From Peptoniphilaceae bacterium (GTDB taxonomy: Bacteria > Bacillota > Clostridia > Tissierellales > Peptoniphilaceae): a stretch of DNA of 64,000 nt. The first letter of the stretch is position 1; the number at the start of each line of letters is the position of its first letter. Both the position numbers and the translations under genes were made by a program. The stretch lies in the NCBI GenBank assembly GCA_052090825.1, contig JBQDBK010000011.1:2103-66102 (forward strand), written 5' to 3'. Positions 1 through 10,488 of the stretch are shown piece by piece. The notes under the pieces were generated by a model. The model ran no database searches. It saw nothing but the letters and a program-made list of their open reading frames with translations, and was not told the DNA's origin.

Positions 1-43
1 TATTTTATTAGCTATAGTAGGAGCTATCAAAAAAAGAAAATAA
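1..43 (+). CDS. 3' end of an upstream gene truncated by the window edge (hydrophobic tail ...ILLAIVGAIKKRK*)
   Basis: Open frame from position 2 to TAA at 41-43, followed by a hairpin terminator. Too short to assign a family. Confidence 0.3.
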   Translation, partial: ILLAIVGAIKKRK

Positions 44-54
44 ATCATGAAAAA

Positions 55-88
55 AGTATCTAGATATTTATCTAGATACTTTTATTTT
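55..88. terminator. Bidirectional intrinsic terminator between convergent genes
   Basis: Perfect inverted repeat AGTATCTAGATA (55-66) / TATCTAGATACT (69-80), with an A-run before and a T-run after. Confidence 0.7.
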
Positions 89-2354
89 ATAAAGACATTA
101 ATACTTTTTCAGGTGTTATAGGTAAAGATCTATAAGATTTATTTATACCATTTAATAAAGCTCCAGCTATTGCTGGTGCAGGAGTATTTATTACTATTTC
201 ACCAATACTTTTAGCTCCATAAGGACCAGTAGGTTCAAAACTTTCTATAAAATCTATGTGAATATTACCAAAGTCTATTCTAGAAGGAATTTTATAGGTA
301 AAGAAATCATTAGTGGTTATCATACCCTTACTGTTATACCTAACTTCTTCAAATAAACTATATCCTATACCTTGAACTACTCCACCTTCAGCTTGAACTT
401 TTGCTAAAGATTTATTCATAACTTTACCGCAATCTACTATACCTACATAATCTAAAATTTTGATTTCGCCTGTTAATAAATCTGTTTCAATTTTTGCAAA
501 GCCGGCCATAAAAGGAGGAGGCGAATCTTCATTTCCAAAGGAACCTGTAGATATAATATTTTTACCATTCATTCCAGTAGTAAGCTTAGTCGCTAAATCC
601 TTTATAGATATAGACTTACCTTTTCCAATCAATTCTTTTCCGTTAAAATCTATTAAATCGGGATCAACATCCAAAAACTCAGCTGCTTCTTTCTTTATAT
701 TATCAATCATATTTTTAGAGCAATTTACAACTGCATTACCTGTAGTGTATACACCACTAGAAGCATAAGAACCGGGATCATAAGGAGTAGCGTCTGTATC
801 AGCAACAACAAGAGAAATGTTGTCTAAATCAGTTTTTAAAGTTTCAGCTGCAATTTGAGTCATTACAGTATCAGTTCCTGTTCCATTATCAGTAGAGCTG
901 ACAAATAAAGTATAATCTCCACCCTCATTAAGCTTTAATTGAGCTGTAGAAGTATCTATTTCAGCTATACCAGACCCTTGCATAGTAATAGAACAACCGA
1001 CACTTAAAATCTTATTAGGGGATATTTTTTTGTAAGGGTATATATCATCCCAACCTATAAGTTTCTTACCTTTAATTAAGCATTCTTTTAGTCGAGAAGA
1101 TCGTATATCCTTATCAAAGGACATTGTGTAGTCACCTTCTTGAACCAAATTTTTTAATCTAAGTTCAATTGGATCCATACCTATTTCTTTTGCTAATTGG
1201 TTTATAGCAGATTCAACAGCAAAACAACCTTGAGTTGCACCAAAGCCTCGGAAAGCACCAGCAGGTTGTTTATTAGTATAGACAACTTTAGCTTTAAAAC
1301 GAGTAGCCTTAGGTGTTCTATATAAAGGTAGGGTTTTTTCGCCAGCTAGTTTTGCTGTTACCCAAGCGTGAATTCCATAAGCTCCTTGATCAGATAGTAG
1401 ACTTATATCTATAGAATTTAATATACCATTTTCTTCAGCGCCTATTTTAATTCTAATTTTCATAGCATGTCTACTATTTGTAGAGTAAGCTGTTTCTTTT
1501 CTGCTTAAGATTAATTTAGAAGGTTTTCTTGTAATATAAGTTACTAAAGCAGCATAAACATCTGTTTCTGAAGTTTGTTTTGCTCCAAATCCTCCTCCTA
1601 TTCTAGGTTTAATAACTCTAACCTTACTAGAAGGTATTTCTAAAGCTCTAGCTACATGTCTTTTTACATGAAAGGGAACTTGAGTAGAACTTATAATTAC
1701 TAATCTATCAAAAGTATCTATATAAGCATGACTCCTAAATGTTTCCATCATAGATTGTTCTTGTGCTTGAGTTGTATAAACTTCATCAATTTTAATAGGA
1801 GATTTTTCATATTCATCATCAACATCTCCGCCAAAACTTATATTGTGAGCTCCAACAATATTTTTATCATAGTCACATAAGACAACAGAATCTGGCAAAT
1901 GACAAAAAGGTTTATAAGAATGAAGAGCAGGACCTTCTTCTGCTTTTTCTGGATCTAATACAGGCTCTAAAACTTCATACTGAACTTTTATAAGTTTCAT
2001 AGCCTTAATAGCATTTTTTTCAGTATCAGCAGCGATAATAGCCACTGGATCACCTACAAATCTAACATGTTTATCAAGGATTAACATATCATATGGAGAT
2101 GTTTCTGGGAAAGATTGGCCAGCCGTAGTATACCTAGTCTTAGGAACATCCTCGTGCGTTAATATACATTCCACTCCAGGAATTTTCATGGCTAGTGAAG
2201 TATCAATACTTTTTATAAGAGCATTTGGATGGGGAGATCTTAGTAACTTTATAATTAAACTTTCCTTATCAGCAAGATCATTAGTATATATTTTTCTACC
2301 TTGAAGTATAGAGGTTGAGTCTAATTTTTTAATTTTTTTACCAATATATTTCAT
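87..2354 (-). CDS. Xanthine dehydrogenase / aldehyde oxidase family molybdopterin-binding large subunit
   Basis: 755-aa ORF with the family-typical RIGGGFGAKQ motif. It is abutted by a 2Fe-2S subunit gene and an FAD subunit gene. Confidence 0.85.
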   Translation of the reverse strand: MKYIGKKIKKLDSTSILQGRKIYTNDLADKESLIIKLLRSPHPNALIKSIDTSLAMKIPGVECILTHEDVPKTRYTTAGQSFPETSPYDMLILDKHVRFVGDPVAIIAADTEKNAIKAMKLIKVQYEVLEPVLDPEKAEEGPALHSYKPFCHLPDSVVLCDYDKNIVGAHNISFGGDVDDEYEKSPIKIDEVYTTQAQEQSMMETFRSHAYIDTFDRLVIISSTQVPFHVKRHVARALEIPSSKVRVIKPRIGGGFGAKQTSETDVYAALVTYITRKPSKLILSRKETAYSTNSRHAMKIRIKIGAEENGILNSIDISLLSDQGAYGIHAWVTAKLAGEKTLPLYRTPKATRFKAKVVYTNKQPAGAFRGFGATQGCFAVESAINQLAKEIGMDPIELRLKNLVQEGDYTMSFDKDIRSSRLKECLIKGKKLIGWDDIYPYKKISPNKILSVGCSITMQGSGIAEIDTSTAQLKLNEGGDYTLFVSSTDNGTGTDTVMTQIAAETLKTDLDNISLVVADTDATPYDPGSYASSGVYTTGNAVVNCSKNMIDNIKKEAAEFLDVDPDLIDFNGKELIGKGKSISIKDLATKLTTGMNGKNIISTGSFGNEDSPPPFMAGFAKIETDLLTGEIKILDYVGIVDCGKVMNKSLAKVQAEGGVVQGIGYSLFEEVRYNSKGMITTNDFFTYKIPSRIDFGNIHIDFIESFEPTGPYGAKSIGEIVINTPAPAIAGALLNGINKSYRSLPITPEKVLMSL

Positions 2355-2804
2355 TTAAACCTCCAAATATTTTTTCACTGCACGTAACTGACTCTCATAT
2401 CCAGTACATCTACATAAATTACCGCTAAGATATTCTTTAATAGTTTGTTCATTTACTTTTTCTTTACTTCTTTTTAAAGAAACAAGATTAACTATAAATC
2501 CAGATGAACAATAACCACATTGATCAGCACCTTCTTCTGCCATATATTCTCTTAGTTTCTCTGTTTCTTCAGTAAGACCTTCAAGAGTTGTTATTTTTGA
2601 ATCTTGACATCTAATAGCTAATGTAGTGCAGCTAAGCTTAGGTAGGTCGTCTATAAGTACAGTGCAAAGTCCACAAGACATAGATCCACAACCACAACGT
2701 ACAGAAGTATAAGATAAATCTCTAAGCACATTTAATAATCTATCTTCTGGATTAATATCAATGTTGTGTATTCTATTGTTAACATTTAATTTAATATTCA
2801 TCAA
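2355..2804 (-). CDS. (2Fe-2S)-binding small subunit of the molybdoenzyme
   Basis: 149 aa with two Cys clusters, CGCGSMSCGLC and CGYCSSG...CRCTGY, typical of XdhC/CoxS-type iron-sulfur subunits. Its stop abuts the start of the large subunit gene. Confidence 0.9.
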   Translation of the reverse strand: MMNIKLNVNNRIHNIDINPEDRLLNVLRDLSYTSVRCGCGSMSCGLCTVLIDDLPKLSCTTLAIRCQDSKITTLEGLTEETEKLREYMAEEGADQCGYCSSGFIVNLVSLKRSKEKVNEQTIKEYLSGNLCRCTGYESQLRAVKKYLEV

Positions 2805-3612
2805 TATCCTCCAAATTACAAATAGTTCTTTTAAATAAATTTTTTGCTAATTTTTCTCTAAATTCTTTACTAGCCCTAGAGTTTGAAGCGAAATATACAT
2901 CTTTAGTTAGATTTTCACAGATTTCATTAATCATATTTTCATCTATTTTATTATTAGTAAGTAATTGTGAAGTTTTACTAGCAAGAGTCGCCCTTTGTGG
3001 CCTAGCGCCAAAAGCTACCTTATAATTACCATCAGAATTAGAGATAGCTATGTTTATTAAAGAAAGGTTAGTTTTTGTACTTCTTAAAGCATTAAACTCA
3101 GCCTTTAAGACTTCCTTTTTTATATAAATATGAGTTAAAATATCTTTTTTTGTTTCTTTTTTTAAAAATTCGTCAAGTTTAATTCTGCCCATCTTATATA
3201 AATTAACTTCTGCGTCTAATACTAAAAGTGCAGTTAAGAAGTCAGAAAAACCATACTTAGAATATACACTTGCTCCAACTGTGACAGAATTTTTAAATTG
3301 AGTGCCAACTATATATTTAATTGATTTTTGTAAAATATTATCTGCAAAATCTTTTAAAGAGTTACTTCTTTCTATATCTCCATAAGTTACGTAAGCCCCT
3401 ATAATAAATTCATTGTCATTTTCCTCTATAGTATTAAGGCTTAGTTTAGACAAATCAATGGCAGTTTGGTAATTTTTTGAAGAAAAATTTAAAAAAGTTG
3501 TTCCACCTAAAACAATATTATTTTTAGAAGAATGTAAAATTTCATACGCTTCATCTAATGAATCAGGAACAATATAATTTTTTATTTCAAACACATATAC
3601 AACCCCTTTCAA
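2791..3612 (-). CDS. FAD-binding (CoxM/XdhB-like) medium subunit of the molybdoenzyme
   Basis: 273 aa, with a 14-nt overlap onto the FeS subunit gene. Size and position fit the flavoprotein subunit, but the sequence match is weaker by eye. The start codon is uncertain. Confidence 0.65.
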   Translation of the reverse strand: MKGVVYVFEIKNYIVPDSLDEAYEILHSSKNNIVLGGTTFLNFSSKNYQTAIDLSKLSLNTIEENDNEFIIGAYVTYGDIERSNSLKDFADNILQKSIKYIVGTQFKNSVTVGASVYSKYGFSDFLTALLVLDAEVNLYKMGRIKLDEFLKKETKKDILTHIYIKKEVLKAEFNALRSTKTNLSLINIAISNSDGNYKVAFGARPQRATLASKTSQLLTNNKIDENMINEICENLTKDVYFASNSRASKEFREKLAKNLFKRTICNLEDIDEY

Positions 3613-3751
3613 TGTTATAATCTAATTATCAAAGAAATATTATAATTAATCAACTAAAAATATAAAAAAGTTTAAAAGAGAACGATACCAAATAAAATAG
3701 CTGATATTTGTAAACGTAGAAATAATAATTTAATAACAATCAAGATAAATA

Positions 3752-3780
3752 TTGAAAATTCGCCAATAATGTACTATTAT
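3752..3780 (+). promoter_or_regulatory. Candidate sigma-A promoter of the ecf-truA operon
   Basis: TTGAAA (3752-3757), 17-nt spacer, TATTAT (3775-3780), about 27 nt upstream of the ecfA1 ATG. Confidence 0.4.
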
Positions 3781-3806
3781 ATAAAAATATGTGAGGTATA
3801 AAATCT

Positions 3807-4634
3807 ATGATAGAAATAAATAATGTAAGCTTTAAATATAGTCAAGAGAGTGAAGTTAATATTATAAATAATTTAAACTTAAAAATTGAAAAGGGAGAGT
3901 TTTTAGCAGTATTAGGACACAATGGTAGCGGAAAATCAACTTTAGCTAAATTAATAAATGGCCTTTTGCTTCCAAGTTCGGGAAGTGTTTTAGTCAATGG
4001 AATGGATACTAAAAATGATGATTTAATTTGGGATATTAGGGCAAATACAGGCATGGTGTTTCAAAATCCAGACAATCAGCTTGTAGCTACAGTAGTAGAA
4101 GAAGATGTTGCTTTTGGTCCTGAAAATTTAGGGATTTCATCAGAAGAAATTGCCAAAAGAGTTACAGAATCTTTAGAAGCTGTAAATATGTTAGATTTTA
4201 GGGGGAATGCACCTCATATGTTATCTGGAGGGCAAAAGCAGAGAATAGCTATTGCAGGTATTTTAGCTATGTCTCCTGATTATATAATTTTAGATGAACC
4301 TACTGCTATGTTAGATCCTGTAGGTAGAAAAGAAGTTATGGATACTATAACCATGCTTAATAAAAGTCAAAATAAAACTATAATTTTAATAACACACTAT
4401 ATGGATGAGGCTGCTTTGGCGGATAAAATTGTAGTGATGGAAAAAGGGAATATAGCTTTAGAAGGAAGTCCCAGAAAAGTATTTTCAAAAGTTGATAAAA
4501 TAAAAGAAATTGGACTTGATGTTCCACAGGTTACAGAACTTGCTTGGGAATTAAAAAAAGAAGGTTATGATTTTAATGCTGAAGTTTTAAATGTAGAAGA
4601 ACTAGTAGGTGAATTATGGACATTATTGAAATAA
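3807..4634 (+). CDS. ecfA1: Energy-coupling factor (ECF) transporter ATPase A1
   Basis: Walker [13 protein letters not shown] signature LSGGQKQR, Walker B IILDEPT. It is the first of the conserved ecfA-ecfA'-ecfT-truA array. Confidence 0.9.
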   Translation: MIEINNVSFKYSQESEVNIINNLNLKIEKGEFLAVLGHNGSGKSTLAKLINGLLLPSSGSVLVNGMDTKNDDLIWDIRANTGMVFQNPDNQLVATVVEEDVAFGPENLGISSEEIAKRVTESLEAVNMLDFRGNAPHMLSGGQKQRIAIAGILAMSPDYIILDEPTAMLDPVGRKEVMDTITMLNKSQNKTIILITHYMDEAALADKIVVMEKGNIALEGSPRKVFSKVDKIKEIGLDVPQVTELAWELKKEGYDFNAEVLNVEELVGELWTLLK

Positions 4635-5482
4635 AAAATTTAACTCATATATATGGATTAGCTACTACATTTGAAAAAAAAGCCTTAGATAATATAAATT
4701 TAAATATTAAAAAAGGTGATTTTATAGGGCTTATAGGTCATACGGGGTCTGGGAAATCAACCTTGATTCAACATTTAAATGGACTTATAAAAGCGAGTTC
4801 AGGACAAGTTTATATAGATGGAGTTGATATTGGAGCAAAAGGTGTAAAACTAAGGAAAATAAGACAAAAAGTTGGTCTAGTATTCCAATATCCAGAATAC
4901 CAATTATTTGAAGAAACTATTGAAAAAGATATAGCCTATGGACCAATGAATCAAGGATTGAGTGGGATAGAATTAAGTCAAAGAGTTGAGGAAACTATGG
5001 ATTTAGTTGGTCTTGATTATGACGAATATAAAGATAGGTCCCCTTTTGAATTATCCGGTGGACAAAAAAGAAGGGTTGCAATAGCGGGAGTTTTGGCTAT
5101 GAAACCAGAAGTCTTAATTCTAGATGAGCCAACAGCTGGGCTTGATCCATCAGGCAGGGATGAAATATTAAGTAGGATAAAGAATATTTATAAAAATAGT
5201 GACATTACAATAATACTTGTGTCTCATTCTATGGAAGATATAGCAAATATAGCTAAGAGAATAGTAGTAATGAGTAATGGGAAAATCATAATGGATGATA
5301 AGCCTAGGGAAATATTTAAAAGAGAAAATGAATTAGTAGAAATAGGCTTAGGAATACCACAGATAACATCTTTTATGAGAGCTTTAAAAAATAAAGATTT
5401 GAACATAGATGATGATATTTTAACTGTAGAAGAAGCAAAAGATGAACTAATCAAATATTTAAGGGGAAAAATAAATGCTTAA
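4616..5482 (+). CDS. ecfA2: Energy-coupling factor (ECF) transporter ATPase A2
   Basis: Walker [10 protein letters not shown], signature LSGGQKRR, Walker B LILDEPT. Overlaps the ecfA1 stop by 19 nt. Confidence 0.9.
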   Translation: MDIIEIKNLTHIYGLATTFEKKALDNINLNIKKGDFIGLIGHTGSGKSTLIQHLNGLIKASSGQVYIDGVDIGAKGVKLRKIRQKVGLVFQYPEYQLFEETIEKDIAYGPMNQGLSGIELSQRVEETMDLVGLDYDEYKDRSPFELSGGQKRRVAIAGVLAMKPEVLILDEPTAGLDPSGRDEILSRIKNIYKNSDITIILVSHSMEDIANIAKRIVVMSNGKIIMDDKPREIFKRENELVEIGLGIPQITSFMRALKNKDLNIDDDILTVEEAKDELIKYLRGKINA

Positions 5483-6272
5483 AGATATAACAGTGGGGCA
5501 ATATTACCCTGGAAATTCAGTTGTACACAAACTTGATCCTAGAATGAAGATTATAGTAATGTTGATATTTATTATAAGCTTATTTTTTGTAGAGACTTAT
5601 TTACCATATTTAGTGATATTTATATATATAATTACAACTATAAAAATATCAAAAGTTCCTTTTAAATTTGTTCTTAATGGACTTAAGCCTTTAAAATGGA
5701 TTGTTATTATAACTTTTATAATAAATATATTCTTTATACCTGGAGAAACTCTTTATAATATAGGAGCTTTTACAATAACAAAAGAGGGACTTGAAACAGC
5801 AATAAAAATGGCAATAAGACTAATATTTTTAGTTGTAGGAACTAGTATGCTAACTTTTACAACTTCTCCAATAGAAATGACAGATGGAATAGAAGAATTA
5901 TTAAAGCCATTCAAAAAAATAGGAGTTCCTTCACATGAAATTGCAATGATGATGACCATAGCTTTGAGATTTATTCCAACTTTAGTTGAAGAAACAGATA
6001 AGATAATGAAGGCACAAATGGCTAGAGGGGCAGATTTTGAATCAGGAAATATAATGAATAGGGCAAAAAATTTAGTTCCTTTACTAGTTCCTCTATTTAT
6101 TAATTCTTTTAGAAGAGCAGATGAATTGGCTACAGCTATGGAAGCCAGATGTTATAGAGGGGGAGAAGGGAGAACAAAGTTTAAAAAGCTAGAATTAAAA
6201 GCCTTAGATTATAAGGTATTTGCTATTAATATAATCTTCTTTTCTGCAATAATAATATGGAGTTTTATATGA
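5475..6272 (+). CDS. ecfT: ECF transporter transmembrane (T) component
   Basis: 265-aa polytopic protein with the conserved ARG...RRA coupling-helix region (MARGADFE...[17 protein letters not shown]). Sits in the conserved position after the two ecfA genes. Confidence 0.9.
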   Translation: MLKDITVGQYYPGNSVVHKLDPRMKIIVMLIFIISLFFVETYLPYLVIFIYIITTIKISKVPFKFVLNGLKPLKWIVIITFIINIFFIPGETLYNIGAFTITKEGLETAIKMAIRLIFLVVGTSMLTFTTSPIEMTDGIEELLKPFKKIGVPSHEIAMMMTIALRFIPTLVEETDKIMKAQMARGADFESGNIMNRAKNLVPLLVPLFINSFRRADELATAMEARCYRGGEGRTKFKKLELKALDYKVFAINIIFFSAIIIWSFI

Positions 6273-7000
6273 ATATAAGATTAGATGTATCTTATGATGG
6301 AACTCGATATAATGGATATCAAATTCAGCCTGATGTTTTAACAGTAGAGGGCGAATTAAAAAAAGCAATTGAAAAATCAGTAAAGCATGAGGTTAAATTA
6401 TATAGCGCAGGAAGGACTGATAGGGGAGTTCATGCTTTTTCTCAAAGTCTTAATTTTTACTCAAATACTACTATTAATATAGGCAATTTACCAAGAGTGA
6501 TAAATTATTACTTACCAGAAGATATATCTATAGTAAAGTCTAAGTATGTAGATGAAGATTTTCATGCAAGATTTTCAGCAAAATCTAAATATTATAGATA
6601 TATAATTTATAGAGGAAAGTATAGAAATGCATTATTAAGTAATAGAGCTATGCACTATCCCTTTAACTTAAACTTAGAAAGAATGGAAAGGGCTATAGAG
6701 TGTTTAGTTGGGGAGCATGACTTCAATACTTTTATGGGTAGGAATGCAATTGTAAAATATACCATTAGAGTAATTCACAAGATCGAGATTATAGATAATG
6801 GAGAATACCTTTATATAGATTTTCATGGTAAAAGTTTTTTAAAGAATATGATAAGGATAATAGTTGGGACATTAGTTGAAATAGGTAGAGGAAGATTTGA
6901 AGATGATTATATGAAAAGAGCACTAGAAAAAAAGAACAGAAAGGTAGCAGGGCCAACAGCTCCAAGTTATGGCTTATATTTAATGAAAGTAAATTATTAA
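6269..7000 (+). CDS. truA: tRNA pseudouridine(38-40) synthase TruA
   Basis: Catalytic motif GRTDRGVHA. The preferred start is ATG 6269 ([11 protein letters not shown]), which has a GGAG 6 nt upstream and an ATGA overlap with the ecfT stop. The track start at 6257 adds 4 residues. Confidence 0.9.
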   Translation: MNIRLDVSYDGTRYNGYQIQPDVLTVEGELKKAIEKSVKHEVKLYSAGRTDRGVHAFSQSLNFYSNTTINIGNLPRVINYYLPEDISIVKSKYVDEDFHARFSAKSKYYRYIIYRGKYRNALLSNRAMHYPFNLNLERMERAIECLVGEHDFNTFMGRNAIVKYTIRVIHKIEIIDNGEYLYIDFHGKSFLKNMIRIIVGTLVEIGRGRFEDDYMKRALEKKNRKVAGPTAPSYGLYLMKVNY

Positions 7001-7001
7001 C

Positions 7002-7027
7002 ACCTCTACAAGTAGAGGTGTTTTTAT
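7002..7027 (+). terminator. Intrinsic terminator after truA
   Basis: CACCTCTAC / GTAGAGGTG stem (7002-7021) followed by TTTTT. Confidence 0.8.
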
Positions 7028-7131
7028 AAAAAAATAACAAAAGCTCCCATAGGTTACAATAAAGTAAAAATAAGAATATTTAATTGAAAAAATTTAATTT
7101 TTAGTTTATTGTTTATGTAAGAGGAGAATAT

Positions 7132-8931
7132 ATGAAAATAATAAATAGCATTTTAAATACTTTAAATAAGACTAAATCGTCTTTTCAGAGATTTCCTTTA
7201 GCAATGCTTAGTATATTTATATCTTTTATATTTTTCATGATTGGAGAAAATAAAAAACAATCTATATTTTTAAGTAATGTTTACAAAGGAAATGAACAAT
7301 TATATATAAAGTATGGATATTTATTTTTTATCCTTACAATTATTTTAGTGCTGATATCTTTATTAAATGAATTATTAAAAAACTCTGCTAGAGATGAGGA
7401 AGAATTAAAAAAATTTAAACTAATTAGTAGAGGGGCATATATCTTAACTATACCTTTAATTTATGCTCTGTATAATAATGTTATTTTTAAGGAAACTGGA
7501 CTTTTTTTATATGAAGATATGTATAAATATTTTGGACTTCTTGCTTTTTTTTCTTTAGTTGTAACTTATATAGCAAAAATAAATTATCATAAGGATTATG
7601 TTTTTTATTTTATAAAAATTTTAAAAGCAGGAATGATATCATTAGGATATTCTTTTATAATGTTAGTAGGACTTTTTTCAATTTATTATGCAGTTCAAGA
7701 ACTATTTGGAGAAAAAATAAATCCCTTAGTTTATACAAATACTGCATTAGCTATATTCTTGCCTTTTAATTTTGGAGTGTTTTTCTCAAATTTTCCAAAG
7801 ATCAGAGATTCTTTAGTGAATTATAAAATATCAAAAGTAATAAAAGTATTAATAAACTATATAATAATACCAATATTTACAATATATGCTATAATTTTAT
7901 ACTTATATTTTGCTAAAATTATACTGATAAAGAGTATACCTGAAGGAATTATAAGTAATTTAGTGCTTTGGTTTTGTTTATTAAGTATTTTTTTGTTATT
8001 TATAACTACAGTTATAAAGGATATAGAAATATCTAAGATTTTTAATAAAATTTTTCCTATAATTTTATTACCATTGTTAATAATGCTTTTTTATGCAATA
8101 GGAATAAGGATCTATGAGTATGGTTTTACAGAAAGTAGGTACTATGTTTTAATGGGTGGAATATTTTCATTTATTTCGATGTTGTACTATATATTTTATA
8201 AAGATAGTTCTAATATAACCATAATTATACTATTTTCTATAATTATTTTAATATCATCAGTAGGACCTTTAAATGCCTACAATATTTCTGCAACAAGTCA
8301 AAATAAAAAATTTGAAAGTATTTTACTAAAAAACAAAATGATTAAAGATAATAAAATAATTCCTAAATCAGATATAGATAAAAATGATAAAAAAGCAATA
8401 GAGAGCATAGTAAATTATATGACAGTAAAACATAGACCCTGGGAGCTTAAATATATACCTAAAGATTATGAAAATAATGAAGAAAATTTTGAGAAACTTT
8501 TGGGATTTAAATATACCAAGGATGATAGTGAATTAGACTCAGTCCACTTTAATTATGACAGGTCTTATTCAATAACTATAGCTGGTTATACAAATATGGT
8601 TGCCATGAACCTGTCTTCTAATAATGATATAATTGCAGAATCTGGAAATTATACTGCCAATATTGAAGATGGTGTAGTTAATATTGATTATAAAAGTAAG
8701 GATGAATTTACTTTAGTAAAATTTTCAATAAAAGAAGTTTTTGATAAATATAAGGCAATAAAAAATTCTAATCAAAGTGTTACTTTAGATTATATTGCTA
8801 TAAAAGGGTCAGAAAATGGTATAAATTATAAAATTATTTTTACTAGTTTAGAGTCTTATCAAAATAGTTTAAGTCCAGAAAAATGTGACTATGATTTTTC
8901 TTTTTATATATTAACTGATTCAGAACAATAA
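7132..8931 (+). CDS. Large polytopic membrane protein with a C-terminal soluble domain (DUF4153-like by general appearance)
   Basis: 599 aa, with many hydrophobic segments over about the first 385 aa and then a hydrophilic tail. RBS GAGGAG lies upstream. The family name is recalled from memory, not verified. Confidence 0.5.
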   Translation: MKIINSILNTLNKTKSSFQRFPLAMLSIFISFIFFMIGENKKQSIFLSNVYKGNEQLYIKYGYLFFILTIILVLISLLNELLKNSARDEEELKKFKLISRGAYILTIPLIYALYNNVIFKETGLFLYEDMYKYFGLLAFFSLVVTYIAKINYHKDYVFYFIKILKAGMISLGYSFIMLVGLFSIYYAVQELFGEKINPLVYTNTALAIFLPFNFGVFFSNFPKIRDSLVNYKISKVIKVLINYIIIPIFTIYAIILYLYFAKIILIKSIPEGIISNLVLWFCLLSIFLLFITTVIKDIEISKIFNKIFPIILLPLLIMLFYAIGIRIYEYGFTESRYYVLMGGIFSFISMLYYIFYKDSSNITIIILFSIIILISSVGPLNAYNISATSQNKKFESILLKNKMIKDNKIIPKSDIDKNDKKAIESIVNYMTVKHRPWELKYIPKDYENNEENFEKLLGFKYTKDDSELDSVHFNYDRSYSITIAGYTNMVAMNLSSNNDIIAESGNYTANIEDGVVNIDYKSKDEFTLVKFSIKEVFDKYKAIKNSNQSVTLDYIAIKGSENGINYKIIFTSLESYQNSLSPEKCDYDFSFYILTDSEQ

Positions 8932-8933
8932 AA

Positions 8934-8963
8934 GTAGAGAAGATTAATACTTCTCTTTTTTTT
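8934..8963 (+). terminator. Intrinsic terminator after the membrane protein gene
   Basis: AGAGAAG ... CTTCTCT stem followed by a T8 run. Confidence 0.7.
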
Positions 8964-8979
8964 ATGTTAAAATATATTT

Positions 8980-9672
8980 ATGATTAAAAAAGATAATGTT
9001 CCTGGTAAAAAATATAAAATATATCAAGAAGATTCTAATTTTAAATATACTACTGATTCCTTAATACTATCATCTTTTGCTAAAGTTAAAGGATTGTGCG
9101 TGGACTTAGGATGTGGAACGGGTATTTTGTCCTTAAGGCTTATAGATAAAGTGAAAAAATTTATAAATATAGACATAAATGAGGAGGTTATAAAATTACT
9201 TAATATGTCAGTAGCCTTAAATGAATTAGAAGATAAAATTGATAATTATAATATTGACCTAAAAGAGATTTCAAAAATCTTAACTAGGCAAAGCATAGAT
9301 ACGGTTATAACAAATCCACCTTACTATAATAATGGTCATAGAGTGAAAAATAATATGATAGACAAGGCTAGATATAGTGATTTTATAGAAGACTTTATAT
9401 ATGCTGCTAACTATATATTAAAAAATGGAGGTAAATTTTATTGTATAGTTCCAGCAACAAGAATGTTGGATATATCTATAATTCTTATAAATTCACATAT
9501 TGAGCCTAAAAAATTTCAATTTATTAAGAAAGATATATCTTCACAGGCTAAGCTAGTATTAGTTGAAGGAGTAAAAGGCGCTAAGAAGAATTATACTATA
9601 CTTCCTGATTTTATTTTATATAAAAATGGTCAAATAAGTGAGGAATTAAATAAAATATATAAGGAGGTATAA
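8980..9672 (+). CDS. SAM-dependent N6-adenine methyltransferase, tRNA1(Val) m6A37 TrmN6/YfiC/YabB-like
   Basis: SAM motif DLGCGTGIL and catalytic TNPPYY motif. Sits directly upstream of rsmI, as in the Bacillus yabB-...-yabC locus. Confidence 0.75.
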   Translation: MIKKDNVPGKKYKIYQEDSNFKYTTDSLILSSFAKVKGLCVDLGCGTGILSLRLIDKVKKFINIDINEEVIKLLNMSVALNELEDKIDNYNIDLKEISKILTRQSIDTVITNPPYYNNGHRVKNNMIDKARYSDFIEDFIYAANYILKNGGKFYCIVPATRMLDISIILINSHIEPKKFQFIKKDISSQAKLVLVEGVKGAKKNYTILPDFILYKNGQISEELNKIYKEV

Positions 9673-10488
9673 ATGATTTATTTTTGTCCAACACCAATTG
9701 GTAATTTAAAAGATATAAGCTTAAGAACATTAGATATATTGAAAAAAGTTGATATAATAGCTGCCGAAGATACAAGAGTGAGTTTGAAGTTATTAAGCAC
9801 TTATAATATAAAAAAAAGACTTATTAGTTATCATAAATTTAATGAAAAATCTCAATCTGAAGAAATTATAAAGTTATCAAAAGAAAATAATATAGCAATA
9901 ATAAGCGATGCAGGGCTACCTGGTATAAGTGATCCAGGGGAAATATTAGCTAAAAGATTGATTGAAGAAAACATAGATTTTCAAGTTATACCTGGAGCAA
10001 ATGCTGCTCTTACAGCTTTAGTTTTATCTGGAATAAGTAGCCAACATTTTTTATTTTATGGCTTTTTAACTTCTAAATCTTCACATAGGAAAAAAGAGCT
10101 TAAAGAATTAGAAAATAATCCATATACTTTAATTTTTTATGAATCTCCACATAGGTTGATGTCTATGTTAGAAGATCTTTACGAAATATTTGGCGATAGA
10201 AAAATTTCTATATCTAGAGAATTAACTAAGATGTATGAAGAAACTTATAGAGGAGACCTATCTGAAATCTTAAATAATAAAGAATATGTAAAGTTAAAAG
10301 GTGAATTTGTAGTTGTTGTAGAGGGTAAAGCTAGAGTTAAAGAAGAGAACATAGATGTAAGAAAGCTATTAAAAGAAAAAATAGAATCTGGTATAAAGAA
10401 ATCCCAAGCAGTCAAAGAAATTTCCAAAGAATATAATATTTCGAAAAATGACCTATATAAAGTAAGCTTGGAGGTAGACAATGAATGA
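9673..10488 (+). CDS. rsmI: 16S rRNA (cytidine1402-2'-O)-methyltransferase RsmI
   Basis: The N-terminus PTPIGNLKDISLRTLDILKKVDIIAAEDTR is typical of RsmI tetrapyrrole-methylase-fold enzymes. Starts 1 nt after the preceding stop. Confidence 0.9.
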   Translation: MIYFCPTPIGNLKDISLRTLDILKKVDIIAAEDTRVSLKLLSTYNIKKRLISYHKFNEKSQSEEIIKLSKENNIAIISDAGLPGISDPGEILAKRLIEENIDFQVIPGANAALTALVLSGISSQHFLFYGFLTSKSSHRKKELKELENNPYTLIFYESPHRLMSMLEDLYEIFGDRKISISRELTKMYEETYRGDLSEILNNKEYVKLKGEFVVVVEGKARVKEENIDVRKLLKEKIESGIKKSQAVKEISKEYNISKNDLYKVSLEVDNE

